From assembly GCA_041739995.1 (NCBI GenBank), contig JBGSMV010000031.1:32001-96000 (forward strand): a DNA stretch of 64,000 nucleotides, written 5' to 3'. This document shows, piece by piece, positions 28,458 through 39,291 of the stretch (its first letter is position 1; every line of letters starts with the position of its first letter). The notes below the pieces were generated by a model. That model saw nothing but the letters and a program-made list of their open reading frames with translations, did not search any database and was not told the origin of the DNA. Both the position numbers and the translations under genes were made by a program. This DNA comes from Bdellovibrionota bacterium (GTDB taxonomy: Bacteria > Bdellovibrionota_C > UBA2361 > JBGSMV01).

Positions 28458-31181
28458 TCAGTCCTCGTCTCCCGCATCACCATCAGACTGAGAAGCTGCG
28501 GCGTTACGCCCCGAACCTGTCTTGGGACCACGAAGAATATGCTGATAGGCCCAAAGAACATCTTTCAATAACAACTGCTCCGGGTATTTTGGAGCACCCT
28601 CCGATCCTGAACAAAGCCTTTCCCACCCCCGCTTCCAGCGCTCGACTCTCGTCTTATCAGGAAGATGCGCGAGATCGTGGGCCACCAACTCAGGACTATC
28701 GGCATATCGCATGGAATCTTCGACGAACTCACGCTCGCGCGAAATGTTCTCACGCCTAAAATGGGCAGCGAGTTGTTCTATGTAATCAGGAAATATTTCC
28801 CCTAAACGCTCCGACACCTTGGCATCTGGATTTCGCGCCGCCCACGAGGTGAGCTGACCCAGTAACTGCCGATGATGGGGTTCTATCTCTCTCGAAGCTA
28901 CCCCAATGCGCGCTCGCACTGATTCCATAAAACGCAAGTCAGGCATGGTATCTTCTACCTTTTTATCGTCGGGTCTGGTGCGATGCGCCTTTGGAATTTC
29001 AAACTGGCCAGGAAGCATCATGGCACGCACATGCGAGAGATATTTACTAAATTCCGCCAACGCTTGAGAAGAAAAAGGAAGTTCCAGTGCTCTGGTTACA
29101 TCATAGCGCACCAGCCGCCGACCGACTCTGCTAAGCGCTTCGACTAAAGAGGCAGGCTCCATGACCATGCTTCTTTCTTCCAACTGGCCCATGCGCTTTT
29201 CCGAGAGCTCCACTCCTTCGCGCAAGCGCTCCAACTCTTCGAAGCACTGCACCCCAAGCCTGGATTGAAACGAAAACGGCGTATGCGCCTTTCGCTCCAG
29301 AAACTGCATCAACGAAGAGAGACCCAAGCCGCTCACCCCACAGGTGCTCACCACATCAAGAAGCAAGGTCTCCAGATCGCGCCCGTCAATTCCTATCCCA
29401 CCGTCATAGAGCGAGGCCCGACTCACCCCAATTCCACGCCCAAACTCCTCATTCACCAGATGTTGATGAGCAAATAGCTGTGAAATTTCGGCAGGCCGAA
29501 ATCGACCTCTGCTCGGGAGAGCCCAGTTCACCGCATCATCGGGCCACTCAGCTGACGGAAGCGAAAGAAACACTGCCTTAGCCACACCGTTCAGACGTTC
29601 AGCGATTTTTCCGAGCATTTTAGGAGGAGCCGAGGGATGTTCCCGATAGAAGCTCTCGTCTGGGGAAAGCACTCGTGTCGAAACAGCAAAAAGGCTGAGC
29701 AAAAGGGTAACATGCGGGCTCACCCGTGCAGAGTCAGGGATACGCGCACTGAGCTTATGCTCAAGCAGATCGCGCTCATCAAAGCAGTTCAGCAACAAAG
29801 GTGCATTAATACCACGCGCGATAGACAGTAATCGCCCGGACCGCTCAGTGCTCTGAAGCATACCGTCCAAGTGGGTGTCGTTCATGCAACCCATAACCAT
29901 CGCATCAAACGGCAACACCCGCGAAAGTTGCGGCCCGGATTCAACACGCGCCGTGACGCGCAATACGCCCCCTTCAATCGCTTCTCGGTACGGATCGATA
30001 GATGTGGGCTTGCCCTTATGCCCTTCTCCTCCCAACTCGTGGCCCACATTATCGAACAACACGAGACCTCGATGAGCAGCAGCTACAGGATCTTGGACGC
30101 TCACCAAATCGTGTGCCGCTGCTTGAAGGGCTTCCGGTAGATCTTTATGAAGGGTGTTGGCCGCGCCCCAGACAAGGGCCGCAGAAGCCGCACGGTGAGG
30201 TTGCGGCTCGATAGTCGCGATTCCTACGCCCTCTCCTGCGGAGAAAGAAAATCTCTCTACACGCACATACTTCTCAAAGACTTGCCGTAACTCTGCCTTC
30301 TCTGCCCTTAGAAGACTTCGCATCACGCGCTCAACGAGGGGGTCCAGTCCATCCCTTGAGACATAGGCCTCATTGACGCCTTGCCGCTGCTCAGGCGAAA
30401 GAGCACTCAGGACATCTTGCAAGAACTTCTCTCGAATACCTCCCTTAGGTAACAGGAAAATGGGATCTGGCTGGCAGCCAGTCGGAAGATACAGTCGAAG
30501 CGGCTCACCTGACCCGTTGGAAAACTCAAACATCGGTCGGTACAAGACGCCGTCGGGATGATGTTGAGAAAAATACTCGAGCCTTCTTAAGGCTGTCGCG
30601 ATAAAAGTGCTCTTTCCAGACGCGAATGGCCCAAACAACAAACCCCAGCGTCTGGCATAGGGAAGCGAGGCTTGTTCATCCAAAACTTCTCGAAAGTGAT
30701 GCGCGACTCGGTCCATCCCAAACGCGGGGTCTCGCGCGGCAAGAGATTGATGAGGGTCGGTGAGAAATGGATAGACCGGAACGGTGACGCCCTGCCGCCG
30801 CACGTTGATGCTTTCATCAACATCAAAGGTGAGCGCATCTCTGACATACCCTGCAGCATTACGCAGCAGGCGGTGGGGATGAGCCTTCACCTCGCTGAGG
30901 TATTGGGCAAAAGTCATGGTAACAGGCGCGATTTCTTTGGTCTGTGCGGGAGCTAAGAGCTGATCGAAAACAGAGCCGGAAGAGCGTGCGGTCGAATGAT
31001 CGCCGTTAATATGCGGAGAATCCTTCGCTTGCGATGCTGCGGCTACGCCGTTCTTAGAAGGATCAACTTCGATCGATAACCGCGAAACTCCCGGGCCTCT
31101 TCCTGAAGGAAACGAGCTATCGCCGAAACTACCACCATGACCACCACCATCATGGACCCCAACATCTGGTCCGCTACTCAT
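28458..31181 (-). CDS. Divergent PrkA/YeaG-like AAA+ protein
   Basis: MTFAQYLSEVKAHP (PrkA N-terminus-like), Walker A GPFASGKST, AAHRGLVLFD (cf. PrkA ANRG); low-complexity N-terminal extension; start uncertain (31181 or 31202). Confidence 0.7.
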   Translation of the reverse strand: MSSGPDVGVHDGGGHGGSFGDSSFPSGRGPGVSRLSIEVDPSKNGVAAASQAKDSPHINGDHSTARSSGSVFDQLLAPAQTKEIAPVTMTFAQYLSEVKAHPHRLLRNAAGYVRDALTFDVDESINVRRQGVTVPVYPFLTDPHQSLAARDPAFGMDRVAHHFREVLDEQASLPYARRWGLLFGPFASGKSTFIATALRRLEYFSQHHPDGVLYRPMFEFSNGSGEPLRLYLPTGCQPDPIFLLPKGGIREKFLQDVLSALSPEQRQGVNEAYVSRDGLDPLVERVMRSLLRAEKAELRQVFEKYVRVERFSFSAGEGVGIATIEPQPHRAASAALVWGAANTLHKDLPEALQAAAHDLVSVQDPVAAAHRGLVLFDNVGHELGGEGHKGKPTSIDPYREAIEGGVLRVTARVESGPQLSRVLPFDAMVMGCMNDTHLDGMLQSTERSGRLLSIARGINAPLLLNCFDERDLLEHKLSARIPDSARVSPHVTLLLSLFAVSTRVLSPDESFYREHPSAPPKMLGKIAERLNGVAKAVFLSLPSAEWPDDAVNWALPSRGRFRPAEISQLFAHQHLVNEEFGRGIGVSRASLYDGGIGIDGRDLETLLLDVVSTCGVSGLGLSSLMQFLERKAHTPFSFQSRLGVQCFEELERLREGVELSEKRMGQLEERSMVMEPASLVEALSRVGRRLVRYDVTRALELPFSSQALAEFSKYLSHVRAMMLPGQFEIPKAHRTRPDDKKVEDTMPDLRFMESVRARIGVASREIEPHHRQLLGQLTSWAARNPDAKVSERLGEIFPDYIEQLAAHFRRENISREREFVEDSMRYADSPELVAHDLAHLPDKTRVERWKRGWERLCSGSEGAPKYPEQLLLKDVLWAYQHILRGPKTGSGRNAAASQSDGDAGDED

Positions 31182-31348
31182 AGAAGATAAAACCCCCAGC
31201 AATGAGAAGACTGTGACTATCGTTCAAAAGCGTACTCCAAGGAAGGCAACTACCCAAACTTTTACCAAGCACCTTTGTCGCCCTCACTCAGTCCTCCTGG
31301 CCTCTTTGCAATTGCCTCTCAGCGATCGTCTACGCTAAAAAGGGCCCA

Positions 31349-32890
31349 ATGGAGATTGTCCTTGCTATTGACCAGGGTACCACCGGGAGCCAGGCGGCTC
31401 TCTTTGATGCCTCGACCCTTGCTCTAATTTCCAATGCAAAAGTTGAGCATCCTCAACACTATCCGTCGGCTGGGTTCGTAGAGCACGACCTTAATCAAAT
31501 TTGGAAAAGTGTGCAGACTGCTTTTGAGCAGGCGGTAGCAAAAAGCGGCCTCACGCCTTCGACCGTTCAGAAGTCGCTTCTATGCGTGGGGGTCACGAAT
31601 CAACGTGAAACCGTGTGCGCTTGGGATAGAGCGAGCGGTGAGCCTCTTTGTCGAGCAATCGTGTGGCAAGACCGACGCAGCGCGGACGCTTGCGAACGCA
31701 TCTCTAAAATGTCTGCTGAACGAAAATACATCGAAGACACTACTGGTCTTGTCGTCGACCCCTACTTTAGCGCCACCAAGATGCAATGGCTGCTCACAGA
31801 GAATGCGGCGGTCAAAGCTTGCGCCAGCGCAGGACAGCTTGCCTTAGGTACCATCGACTCCTTTCTTATGCACCGCCTCTCCGGTGGAGGCCAATTCATT
31901 TCGGATCACAGCAACGCAAGTCGCACTATGCTGTATAGCCTCGACAAGAACTGTTTCGATCCATCACTCTGTCAGTTTTTTGGAGTGCCTTTACACTGCT
32001 TGCCAGAACTCGTGCCTAGCAGCGGCGCACTTGCCGCCTGTCGAGGCGTGAGCTTCTTGCCTGATGGGCTGCCTATCACCGGCTGTCTTGGAGATCAGCA
32101 GGCCTCGCTCTTTGGTCACGGCGTAGTCACGGCAGGTTCAGGAAAAATCACCTTCGGAACTGGGTCGTTCCTGCTCGCTGCCGTAGATCAGCGCCCAGCG
32201 CAGCTCCCTCATGGCCTGCTCTGTAGTGTCGCGTTTCACGACGGGAAAAAGGCCCGACTGTGCGTGGAAGGGAGTGCCTTCATCGCCGCTGCGGCACTTC
32301 AATATCTGCGCGATCAATTCGGATGGTTTAGTGACTCAGCTGAATCTGAAGCACTCGCTGCATCAGTCGAGCGTATGCCCGATCTTTGGGTCATTCCCGC
32401 TTTTGCCGGTTTAGGCGCTCCTTTTTGGAATCCGCATGCCAGAGCTAGTATTCTTGGGCTGTCCCTCGGGACGCGCAAGGAGCATGTAATCCGAGCAACA
32501 CTCGAAGCAATTGCGTTTCAAAATGTAGCGCTTGCGTCTTTGATGAGCACAGCGGTTGGCCAACCGATTTTAAATTGGGGGGTAGACGGCGGCGCCTCTA
32601 ACAACAATCTCTTAATGCAATTCCAAGCAGACGTGCTTCAAGCAAATCTGAATAGACCTGCCCACAGCGAGATTACCGCTCTTGGTGCCGCAATGGCGGC
32701 CCTGGCTACGCATGGCCTCGCTACCTATGGCACTGTGCCTCCGCGATTAGATCCAAAGAGTACCACTCGCGAGTTTCAACCTACGTTTTCCGCGCAAGAA
32801 GCTCAGCGGCTGGTCAGTGAATGGGAAAAGGCTGCTGCCAATATAAATGAATTTTATTCCCGTCCGCATGCTGTCGAGCGAGCAAGCTAG
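31349..32890 (+). CDS. glpK: Glycerol kinase
   Basis: LAIDQGTTGS, TNQRET, AIVWQDRR, DPYFSATK, GDQQASLFG, KITFGTGSF, VDGGAS. Confidence 0.93.
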   Translation: MEIVLAIDQGTTGSQAALFDASTLALISNAKVEHPQHYPSAGFVEHDLNQIWKSVQTAFEQAVAKSGLTPSTVQKSLLCVGVTNQRETVCAWDRASGEPLCRAIVWQDRRSADACERISKMSAERKYIEDTTGLVVDPYFSATKMQWLLTENAAVKACASAGQLALGTIDSFLMHRLSGGGQFISDHSNASRTMLYSLDKNCFDPSLCQFFGVPLHCLPELVPSSGALAACRGVSFLPDGLPITGCLGDQQASLFGHGVVTAGSGKITFGTGSFLLAAVDQRPAQLPHGLLCSVAFHDGKKARLCVEGSAFIAAAALQYLRDQFGWFSDSAESEALAASVERMPDLWVIPAFAGLGAPFWNPHARASILGLSLGTRKEHVIRATLEAIAFQNVALASLMSTAVGQPILNWGVDGGASNNNLLMQFQADVLQANLNRPAHSEITALGAAMAALATHGLATYGTVPPRLDPKSTTREFQPTFSAQEAQRLVSEWEKAAANINEFYSRPHAVERAS

Positions 32891-33016
32891 TGTCCTGCGT
32901 GAGAAGTTCATTCAAGTATCTTTCTCGCTGAGCTCATTGTCTAATTCATCGAATTCACAAAGAGATCAGCGAGCACCGCGAGAATTATTAATTAAACTCT
33001 TAACTCAGGGCCTTGG
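32887..33016. mobile_element. MITE-like palindromic repeat, family A copy 2
   Basis: CTAGTGTCCTGCGTGAGAAGTTCATT...AAACTCTTAACTCAGGGCCTTGG; begins at the glpK TAG. Confidence 0.75.
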
Positions 33017-33271
33017 CTACCTATCGTCCTCCGAGGCTCGCTTCTCAATCAGCGCACGAATACGCTCCTTCGCCTCTGGTAAAAGCATAGCCTGCGGGTC
33101 TTCTCGATCCTGACGCAGAGAGCCCCGAAGCGTTACGATCGCATCGCGAAACAGACGACAGGTTGAACACATCATAAGATGTAGTCGAAGAGAAACAGTC
33201 TGCAACGTAGTAAGCTTACGCTCCAGTTGAGAAGAGAGAAGCTCACTTGCTCGACGACAGGAAATCATCAT
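33017..33271 (-). CDS. Zinc-binding anti-sigma factor (zf-HC2/ZAS)
   Basis: C...HLMMCSTC motif; ATGA overlap with the sigma factor stop codon. Confidence 0.88.
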   Translation of the reverse strand: MMISCRRASELLSSQLERKLTTLQTVSLRLHLMMCSTCRLFRDAIVTLRGSLRQDREDPQAMLLPEAKERIRALIEKRASEDDR

Positions 33272-33837
33272 CGTCCACCACCCGCAGAAAGCCACTTAAG
33301 GGCAAGGCATTTTTGAAGAGAAAGCCTACTTCGATGCAGCATCACTCGCAGATTAGTCGAAGAAATATCAAGAAGGTTACAAATTTCGTCCGACTCAAGT
33401 TCGGTAACTTCTCTTAAGAGAAAGACTCGGCGATGGTTTTCAGGCAAAGAATCCATACATTTCTTAAGCACCACCAAAAACTCATCCTGTCGCCGCCCCG
33501 TTTCGGGATCATGGGCCCAGTGATTTGTACCACTACGCTCCCTCCAATGTCCGACACGATTAAAGTACTCGTCGAGCGATTCTGTGCCCTCAAGCTTTGG
33601 CGGCGTTTCCCTTCCCGCGCGTCGTATTCGGTCGATAATCTTGTGTCTTAGAATCGAGGTGAGCCACGTGCGCGGACTCGAATGTCCCTGAAAGCGGGAA
33701 GAGGCCTCTAGCGCCGCCAGAAAGGTCTCTTGAACCAGGTCCTCCACTACCTCTCGTTCACGAAAGTGCCGGCAAGCAAAGCGAAATAGGTAATCGCCGT
33801 GCTCATCGAGCCACTGAGTGAGATCTATTGAATTCAC
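33268..33837 (-). CDS. ECF RNA polymerase sigma factor
   Basis: EDLVQETFL, RTWLTSILRHKIID (region 2); VFLLRE...EICNLLDISSTNLRVMLHRSR (region 4); GTG 33837 chosen to avoid overlap with the SurA gene. Confidence 0.92.
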   Translation of the reverse strand: MNSIDLTQWLDEHGDYLFRFACRHFREREVVEDLVQETFLAALEASSRFQGHSSPRTWLTSILRHKIIDRIRRAGRETPPKLEGTESLDEYFNRVGHWRERSGTNHWAHDPETGRRQDEFLVVLKKCMDSLPENHRRVFLLREVTELESDEICNLLDISSTNLRVMLHRSRLSLQKCLALKWLSAGGGR

Positions 33838-33956
33838 GCCTTGGGCCTCTAGGGGGAAAAATTCTTTACATTCAGCCCTTTGATGCTCCCATGAAGGTCC
33901 TGGGCTGGAAACCCTTGAGAATTGCCAAAGTTGCGCTGCATGAATACCATTCGGCC

Positions 33957-34970
33957 ATGCAAGATAATACCACCACACTCGGCCAGTTGATTATTCCGTC
34001 CTCGCGATGCCCAGGCCCTGGAGCCGCGTTTTCGCTGCTTATCTCCCTCGCGCTTTTTGCAGTCCCACCCCATGCACATGCGGACGATACGACCGTCGCT
34101 ATGGTTGATTGTGTTGCTGCCAGCGTAGACGGAAAACCAATCACCCTGCGTGATGTATCTTCCCGCCTTGGTGCAACACGCTCGATTTCGGCCGATGATT
34201 TTGCCAACGACTCGCGCGCCAAAGACGCCCTGGAGATGATGATCGTTGAACGCTTAATCGAGGAAGAGGCTGCCGCGCGCGGCCTTTCGGTAAGTGACGC
34301 CGAAGTGGACCGTTACACCAATGAAGTTGCCGCTCGCAACAATATGTCACGCAGCGAATTTGAAAACGCTCTGTCTTTGCGAAATACAAACGTAGAAGAT
34401 TATAGAACTCAGGTGCGCGTGGATATTTTGCGATCACGCCTATTGTCTCAACTATCCCAAGAAGGGGTGCCGGTCACCGAAGAGGATGTCGCGCTCTACC
34501 TCCATGAGAACCCTACGCTGACGAAGTCCGGATCCAAAGTCCGACTGAGACAGGTGACCGTGGGTTTCGGCACTCGAACTCCCGATGAGGCTCGTGCCAG
34601 GATCGAAGAGGCTCGAGAGAGCCTGCTTTCTGGTCGTTCCTTTGAAGACGTCGCGCTAGAATATTCTGAGGGGTCTGAAGCTTCCGATGGAGGTTCCCTC
34701 GGACTCGTCGCTGAGGAGGATCTAAACCCACAAATTTTCGAGGCACTGCTCTCACTTGATACAGGGGCAGTAAGTCCGATCGTGAGTCTGCCAGATAGCT
34801 ACCGTTTTTTTCGAGTTGACGAACGTTTCCTCGAACAAACAGATGGCCTTGATGAGCAACTACTTGCTGAAGTCAGGCGTTCACTCTCAGAAAAAAAACT
34901 TCAAGCAAAGATGCAGCTCTTTTTCACTTCTGAAATTCTCAAGCTGCACTACGTAGACCGCAAACTCTAA
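33957..34970 (+). CDS. surA: SurA-like periplasmic chaperone / parvulin PPIase
   Basis: VAASVDGKPIT SurA N-domain; parvulin FEDVALEYSEG...GGSLG; start uncertain. Confidence 0.8.
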   Translation: MQDNTTTLGQLIIPSSRCPGPGAAFSLLISLALFAVPPHAHADDTTVAMVDCVAASVDGKPITLRDVSSRLGATRSISADDFANDSRAKDALEMMIVERLIEEEAAARGLSVSDAEVDRYTNEVAARNNMSRSEFENALSLRNTNVEDYRTQVRVDILRSRLLSQLSQEGVPVTEEDVALYLHENPTLTKSGSKVRLRQVTVGFGTRTPDEARARIEEARESLLSGRSFEDVALEYSEGSEASDGGSLGLVAEEDLNPQIFEALLSLDTGAVSPIVSLPDSYRFFRVDERFLEQTDGLDEQLLAEVRRSLSEKKLQAKMQLFFTSEILKLHYVDRKL

Positions 34971-35002
34971 TTCGACACCGCTCACGCTTTAGGAGAGACC
35001 GC

Positions 35003-36421
35003 ATGCGCATTAATCCTGTTGTATTTCGCGAATATGATATCCGAGGAACCGTCGGTGTCGATTTATCCGAAGAGTTTGCCTACCTGCTTGGCCGAGCATA
35101 TGCGACCTTCGCACATTCACCGCGCAACACCGAACCGAAATCCGGAAGTAATTCGAACAGTGCAATCGCAATCGGGCGTGATTGTCGAGAAACCTCAGAA
35201 GGCTACGCCGCCGCACTGGCAAAGGGCATTGCCGACGGTGGACTCAATGTGGTGCTCACCGGCATGGGGCCGACTCCTCAGGTCTATTTTGCGCTCTTTC
35301 AACATAAGCTGGGCGGAGCGATCCAGGTAACGGGCAGTCACAACCCTTCGGACATGAACGGCTTTAAACTCTGCCTCGGAACCCACACCCTTTCGGGCGA
35401 GGAAATTCAAGAATTGAAGCGTTTAGTACTTGAAGAGCATGCGTCTCCATCACCAAAGTGCGCCACGATAGGCTCGATTTCTCCTCTCGAGATTCGAAAC
35501 GAGTACATCCAATCCCTAATCGAAAATTCTCGGCCATTTTTTGGCCCTCGCAAGCTTAAAATTGTGGTCGACGCCGGAAATGGCGTCGGGGGACTGGTTG
35601 GCCCGGAAGTTCTAAGAGCGTTGGGTTGCGAAGTAGTGGAGTTGTTCTGTGAGCCCGATGGGCGATTCCCGAATCATCACCCTGACCCTACCGTGATGGA
35701 GAACATTCGTGAGCTTCAAGCACGCGTAGTTTCGGAGAAAGCAGACTTCGGTATTGGGTGGGATGGTGACGCAGATCGCATTGGGGTCGTGGACGAGCGC
35801 GGCGATGTCATATTCGGTGACATGCTGCTCTATATCTATGGCCGTGAGATTCTTAGGTCAGTGCCGGGCGCAACGATTATTGGTGATGTGAAGTGTTCGA
35901 ATCGTCTCTTTGACGGCCTTCGCTCGCTTGGCGGCACCGCTATCATGTGGAAGACCGGGCATTCACTCATCAAAAATAAGCTCCGCGAGGTTAAGGGCGA
36001 GTTAGCTGGCGAAATGAGTGGTCATATTTTCTTTAAGCACCGCTACTTCGGGTTTGATGACGCTCTGTACGCCTCAGTTCGACTGGCTGAAATCGTCAGT
36101 AACTTCTCAGGGCCTGCGTCGAAACTATTGGCAGAAGTGCCCGTCATGATTGCAACTCCTGAAATTCGAATGGACTGCCCCGAGGAGATTAAATTTAAGA
36201 TTCCCGAAAAGGCAAAGGAGGCTTTTAAGGAATTCGACGTGCAAACGATTGACGGAGTTCGCGTGAACTTTGAGCACGGTTGGGGTCTCGTGCGCGCCTC
36301 GAATACACAGCCGGTACTAGTGATGCGTTTTGAAGCAACCACGAACGAGAAGCTCGAAGAGTACCAAACACTCGTCCAAGGCCGCATTGCTGAGATTTCG
36401 AAGCAACTTCAGAAGAGCTAA
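35003..36421 (+). CDS. Phosphomannomutase/phosphoglucomutase (AlgC-type)
   Basis: FREYDIRG, VTGSHNP, DGDADR, GEMSGH, VRASNT; AGGAG RBS. Confidence 0.95.
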   Translation: MRINPVVFREYDIRGTVGVDLSEEFAYLLGRAYATFAHSPRNTEPKSGSNSNSAIAIGRDCRETSEGYAAALAKGIADGGLNVVLTGMGPTPQVYFALFQHKLGGAIQVTGSHNPSDMNGFKLCLGTHTLSGEEIQELKRLVLEEHASPSPKCATIGSISPLEIRNEYIQSLIENSRPFFGPRKLKIVVDAGNGVGGLVGPEVLRALGCEVVELFCEPDGRFPNHHPDPTVMENIRELQARVVSEKADFGIGWDGDADRIGVVDERGDVIFGDMLLYIYGREILRSVPGATIIGDVKCSNRLFDGLRSLGGTAIMWKTGHSLIKNKLREVKGELAGEMSGHIFFKHRYFGFDDALYASVRLAEIVSNFSGPASKLLAEVPVMIATPEIRMDCPEEIKFKIPEKAKEAFKEFDVQTIDGVRVNFEHGWGLVRASNTQPVLVMRFEATTNEKLEEYQTLVQGRIAEISKQLQKS

Positions 36422-36555
36422 CGCTCTACTCTGTGGTCTTAGTACTGGAACAAGCAATAGGGCTCGCCGCGAAGACCACAAAAAAGAAATGACCCCAGCT
36501 ATGGAGTCATCGAATGCTCGGAGCCGAATCCGGCCGGTCGCATCTAATCGTCGAT

Positions 36556-36786
36556 TTAAGCTTCAGGCTCGGTTAAGACGGCATCGTCCTCAAACACATC
36601 ATCACTTGCCCCAAGCACCAACGGGAGCTGTGGGTCTAGAACCCTGCGCTCTCCTACTCGGAATAGCACGATAGGAAGGACGGAAGACTCGACAATGACA
36701 TACTCAGGATAGGTCTCCTGAAATCGTTGAACGAGCCAAGAAAAATCTTGATCTTGTAGTTCATGCTGATAGACCGCGCGCGCCAT
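36556..36786 (-). CDS. Small hypothetical protein (~76 aa)
   Basis: GGAGG RBS before ATG 36786. Confidence 0.5.
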   Translation of the reverse strand: MARAVYQHELQDQDFSWLVQRFQETYPEYVIVESSVLPIVLFRVGERRVLDPQLPLVLGASDDVFEDDAVLTEPEA

Positions 36787-37147
36787 GCAAACCCTCCGTT
36801 TCAGATCCTCGCGATTTACCGTTCGGCAAACCACGACATCGCTCTGGACACACAACCAGATCGCCTACCAAACAATACACGAAGCACTTGCGGCACTAAT
36901 GTCGGCACAGGGCCTGACATGCTCAGCGTACACAACGCTCGCTATTTTTCGGCAGTACGACACACACTTTAGAGACACACACCAAACGGACCCACATAAG
37001 GGGCGAGTCGCAAGCCCGTTAGCAATGAGATCGTCCCGTTCGGGGACTGACTTGAGGTGATTTCACCAGGCAATCGACCAAATTACCGAAAGCCTAAGAA
37101 AGCAAGCCATGTCAAATAGTTAGCTTTATGGGCGTGGCCTAAGAGGG

Positions 37148-37176
37148 TTGTAAGGCAACAAGAAGATCGGTAGTGT
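37148..37176 (+). promoter_or_regulatory. Putative sigma70 promoter of tRNA-Gln
   Basis: TTGTAA-N17-TAGTGT, 11 nt upstream of the tRNA. Confidence 0.5.
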
Positions 37177-37187
37177 TCCGCGACTAT

Positions 37188-37261
37188 TCGCCCATGGTGC
37201 AACGGTAGCACGTCAGATTCTGACTCTGAAGATCGAGGTTCGAGTCCTTGTGGGCGAACCA
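37188..37261 (+). tRNA. tRNA-Gln (anticodon CTG)
   Basis: Acceptor TCGCCCA/TGGGCGA, D stem GTGC/GCAC, anticodon arm TCAGA-TTCTGAC-TCTGA, T arm CGAGG-TTCGAGT-CCTTG, encoded CCA. Confidence 0.96.
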
Positions 37262-37357
37262 CCTGGACCCTTTAGTGTTTGTCCTCTTTGATTCATCCTA
37301 AATGGAGCTACTGCTCCAGATGGGATCAAGAGTACCGGGCCCTTCTCAGGTAAGGTA

Positions 37358-39229
37358 ATGCAAAATTCTCCAAGAGAAACTTTCGACACAGATTTAGAAA
37401 ACGAGCCCAAGAATACTCGGTTACGCTACTGGGATTCTAAACTCGCCGCGCTCCTCTCTGTCTTCATATTATGCACGCCAAGTTGGTTTCTTTTTGGGTG
37501 CGCGCCCGCTACTTCCATGCGCACACCTTTCGGAGCTCCCTCTCAACTAGACACGGACGTGCGCAGTGCGCCTCGTGGAGTATTTAGTGCCTCGACCGAC
37601 CAGCAATCAGAGGCAATTTATTCGTATCTTCTGGGGGAGATCGCTCTCCAAAAACAAGACCAAGAATCGGCCATCAAACATCTTTCAAAGGCCAAACAGC
37701 TATTCGATGAGCCGACCCCAACAATTGAAGGTACCTTAGCTGGTCTTTATCTTTCTGAAGGAAAGACGAGCGAGGCGGTTGCTGCGGTCCATGACGCGCT
37801 TCAGGCAGACCCCGATAACGAGGAGTTCCTGCTACTTCATGCCTCGCTCCTCCACGCGCTTGGTAAGACCGCCGAAGCACGCACGGCCTACGAAAGTTAC
37901 ATTTCAGCCAATCCGAATGGCTTTAATGGGTTACTCCTCTGCGGCGTTCTGGAACTGCTTGATACGACTTCTGAGAACCACTTCTCTCAGGCCCTCATTC
38001 GGTTAGATGCCGCGTTAGCACTACAACCTCAAAATTCTTTGGCGCTTTTTCTTCGCGCACGAGCACTTGAAGGACTAGGGAGACTCGCTGAAGCCCAGAC
38101 CACTCTTGAGGAAGTATTGGTCCAAGAACCGAAAAACCCTGCTGCCTTTGTGGATCTGGTGCGAGTACTCGCGCAGCAAGGCGAAACCAAAAATATTCGC
38201 AAGCGAACAGAGCAAATGGTCGCTGAAGATCCAGAGCATCAAGCCGCGCGGCGCGTTCTGCTATATTTGTCACTCGAAGATCGCGCCGGCGAAGACCCCA
38301 TTCAGCGGCTTGCGACCCTTGCCCCAAGCCACCTTTCCGTAGCTGACGTGCGCTTTCGCCTAGCGCTTGGCGCCCTCCGCTCTCAGAATCAGAGCGCCGC
38401 ACTACGAGAACTCCGTCTAGTGCTCGTAGAGGAACCTACTAACGCTGATGCGCGCTACAATATCGCGGCCATCCTCTCAAGCTCCGGTGATATCAGTGGA
38501 GCGGTAGTTGAATTGGAGCGAATTCCCAAAGACTCTCCTCTCTTCTCAAAGGCTCGAACTTTTGCTGCATTTCTACTGAGGCAGATAAAACAATATGAAC
38601 GCGCCGAAATTGGCCTGCGCGAGGCCTTGAGCACCGACCCCACGGACTCGAGCATGCGCAGCTTTTTAGTTATTTTGCTACGAGAGGGCGGAAAACCGGG
38701 AGCGGCGAAGGCCATCGTCGAAGAGCAACTTCGAGTCGATCCTCAGAACGAAAGGTTGCTCTTTAGCTATGGAACATTACTGCATGAACTTGGGGAGGAA
38801 GCCCAAGCTCTAGAAGCCATGGAGAAAGTTCTTACGTTAAATGCCGAAAACGGCGACGCCCTCAATTTTGTGGCTTTCTCTCTGGCCGATTCAAGAACGG
38901 ATCTCGACCGTGCAGAAAAGCTAATAACACGTGCGCTTAGAATTAGGCCTAACGACGGATACTTCCTAGATACACTCGGCTGGATACACTTTCAACGAGG
39001 GGATTTCAGTACAGCAGAAGAGGTACTACGCATCGCCGTTCAGACCACAAGCGATGATCCAGAAATCCTTGAACATTACGGTGATGTTCTCAGTCAACTC
39101 GAAAAGCGCTCAGAGGCTTTAAAGGTCTATCAGTCTGCGCTTGAGAAGATTCAAGACTCTGGCGGCACCGAGAGCGAGAAGACTCAAGAGCGCGTAAGGG
39201 AAAAAATTCTACTTCTCTCCGGGAACTAA
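37358..39229 (+). CDS. TPR-repeat lipoprotein
   Basis: Lipobox LFGC; many TPRs; C-terminal ALNFVAFSLAD...YFLDTLGWIHF...EILEHYGDVL. Confidence 0.85.
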   Translation: MQNSPRETFDTDLENEPKNTRLRYWDSKLAALLSVFILCTPSWFLFGCAPATSMRTPFGAPSQLDTDVRSAPRGVFSASTDQQSEAIYSYLLGEIALQKQDQESAIKHLSKAKQLFDEPTPTIEGTLAGLYLSEGKTSEAVAAVHDALQADPDNEEFLLLHASLLHALGKTAEARTAYESYISANPNGFNGLLLCGVLELLDTTSENHFSQALIRLDAALALQPQNSLALFLRARALEGLGRLAEAQTTLEEVLVQEPKNPAAFVDLVRVLAQQGETKNIRKRTEQMVAEDPEHQAARRVLLYLSLEDRAGEDPIQRLATLAPSHLSVADVRFRLALGALRSQNQSAALRELRLVLVEEPTNADARYNIAAILSSSGDISGAVVELERIPKDSPLFSKARTFAAFLLRQIKQYERAEIGLREALSTDPTDSSMRSFLVILLREGGKPGAAKAIVEEQLRVDPQNERLLFSYGTLLHELGEEAQALEAMEKVLTLNAENGDALNFVAFSLADSRTDLDRAEKLITRALRIRPNDGYFLDTLGWIHFQRGDFSTAEEVLRIAVQTTSDDPEILEHYGDVLSQLEKRSEALKVYQSALEKIQDSGGTESEKTQERVREKILLLSGN

Positions 39230-39291
39230 ATGCGTGGGCGTTTCTTGCGTTCGCCCGTTTCTTTCCCCCACCCAAGCTACGAAACGTTGCG

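Noticed and set aside
33828..33978. Head-to-head overlap of ECF sigma and SurA ORFs
   Set aside because: Artefact of longest-ORF starts; starts at 33837 and 33957 remove the overlap
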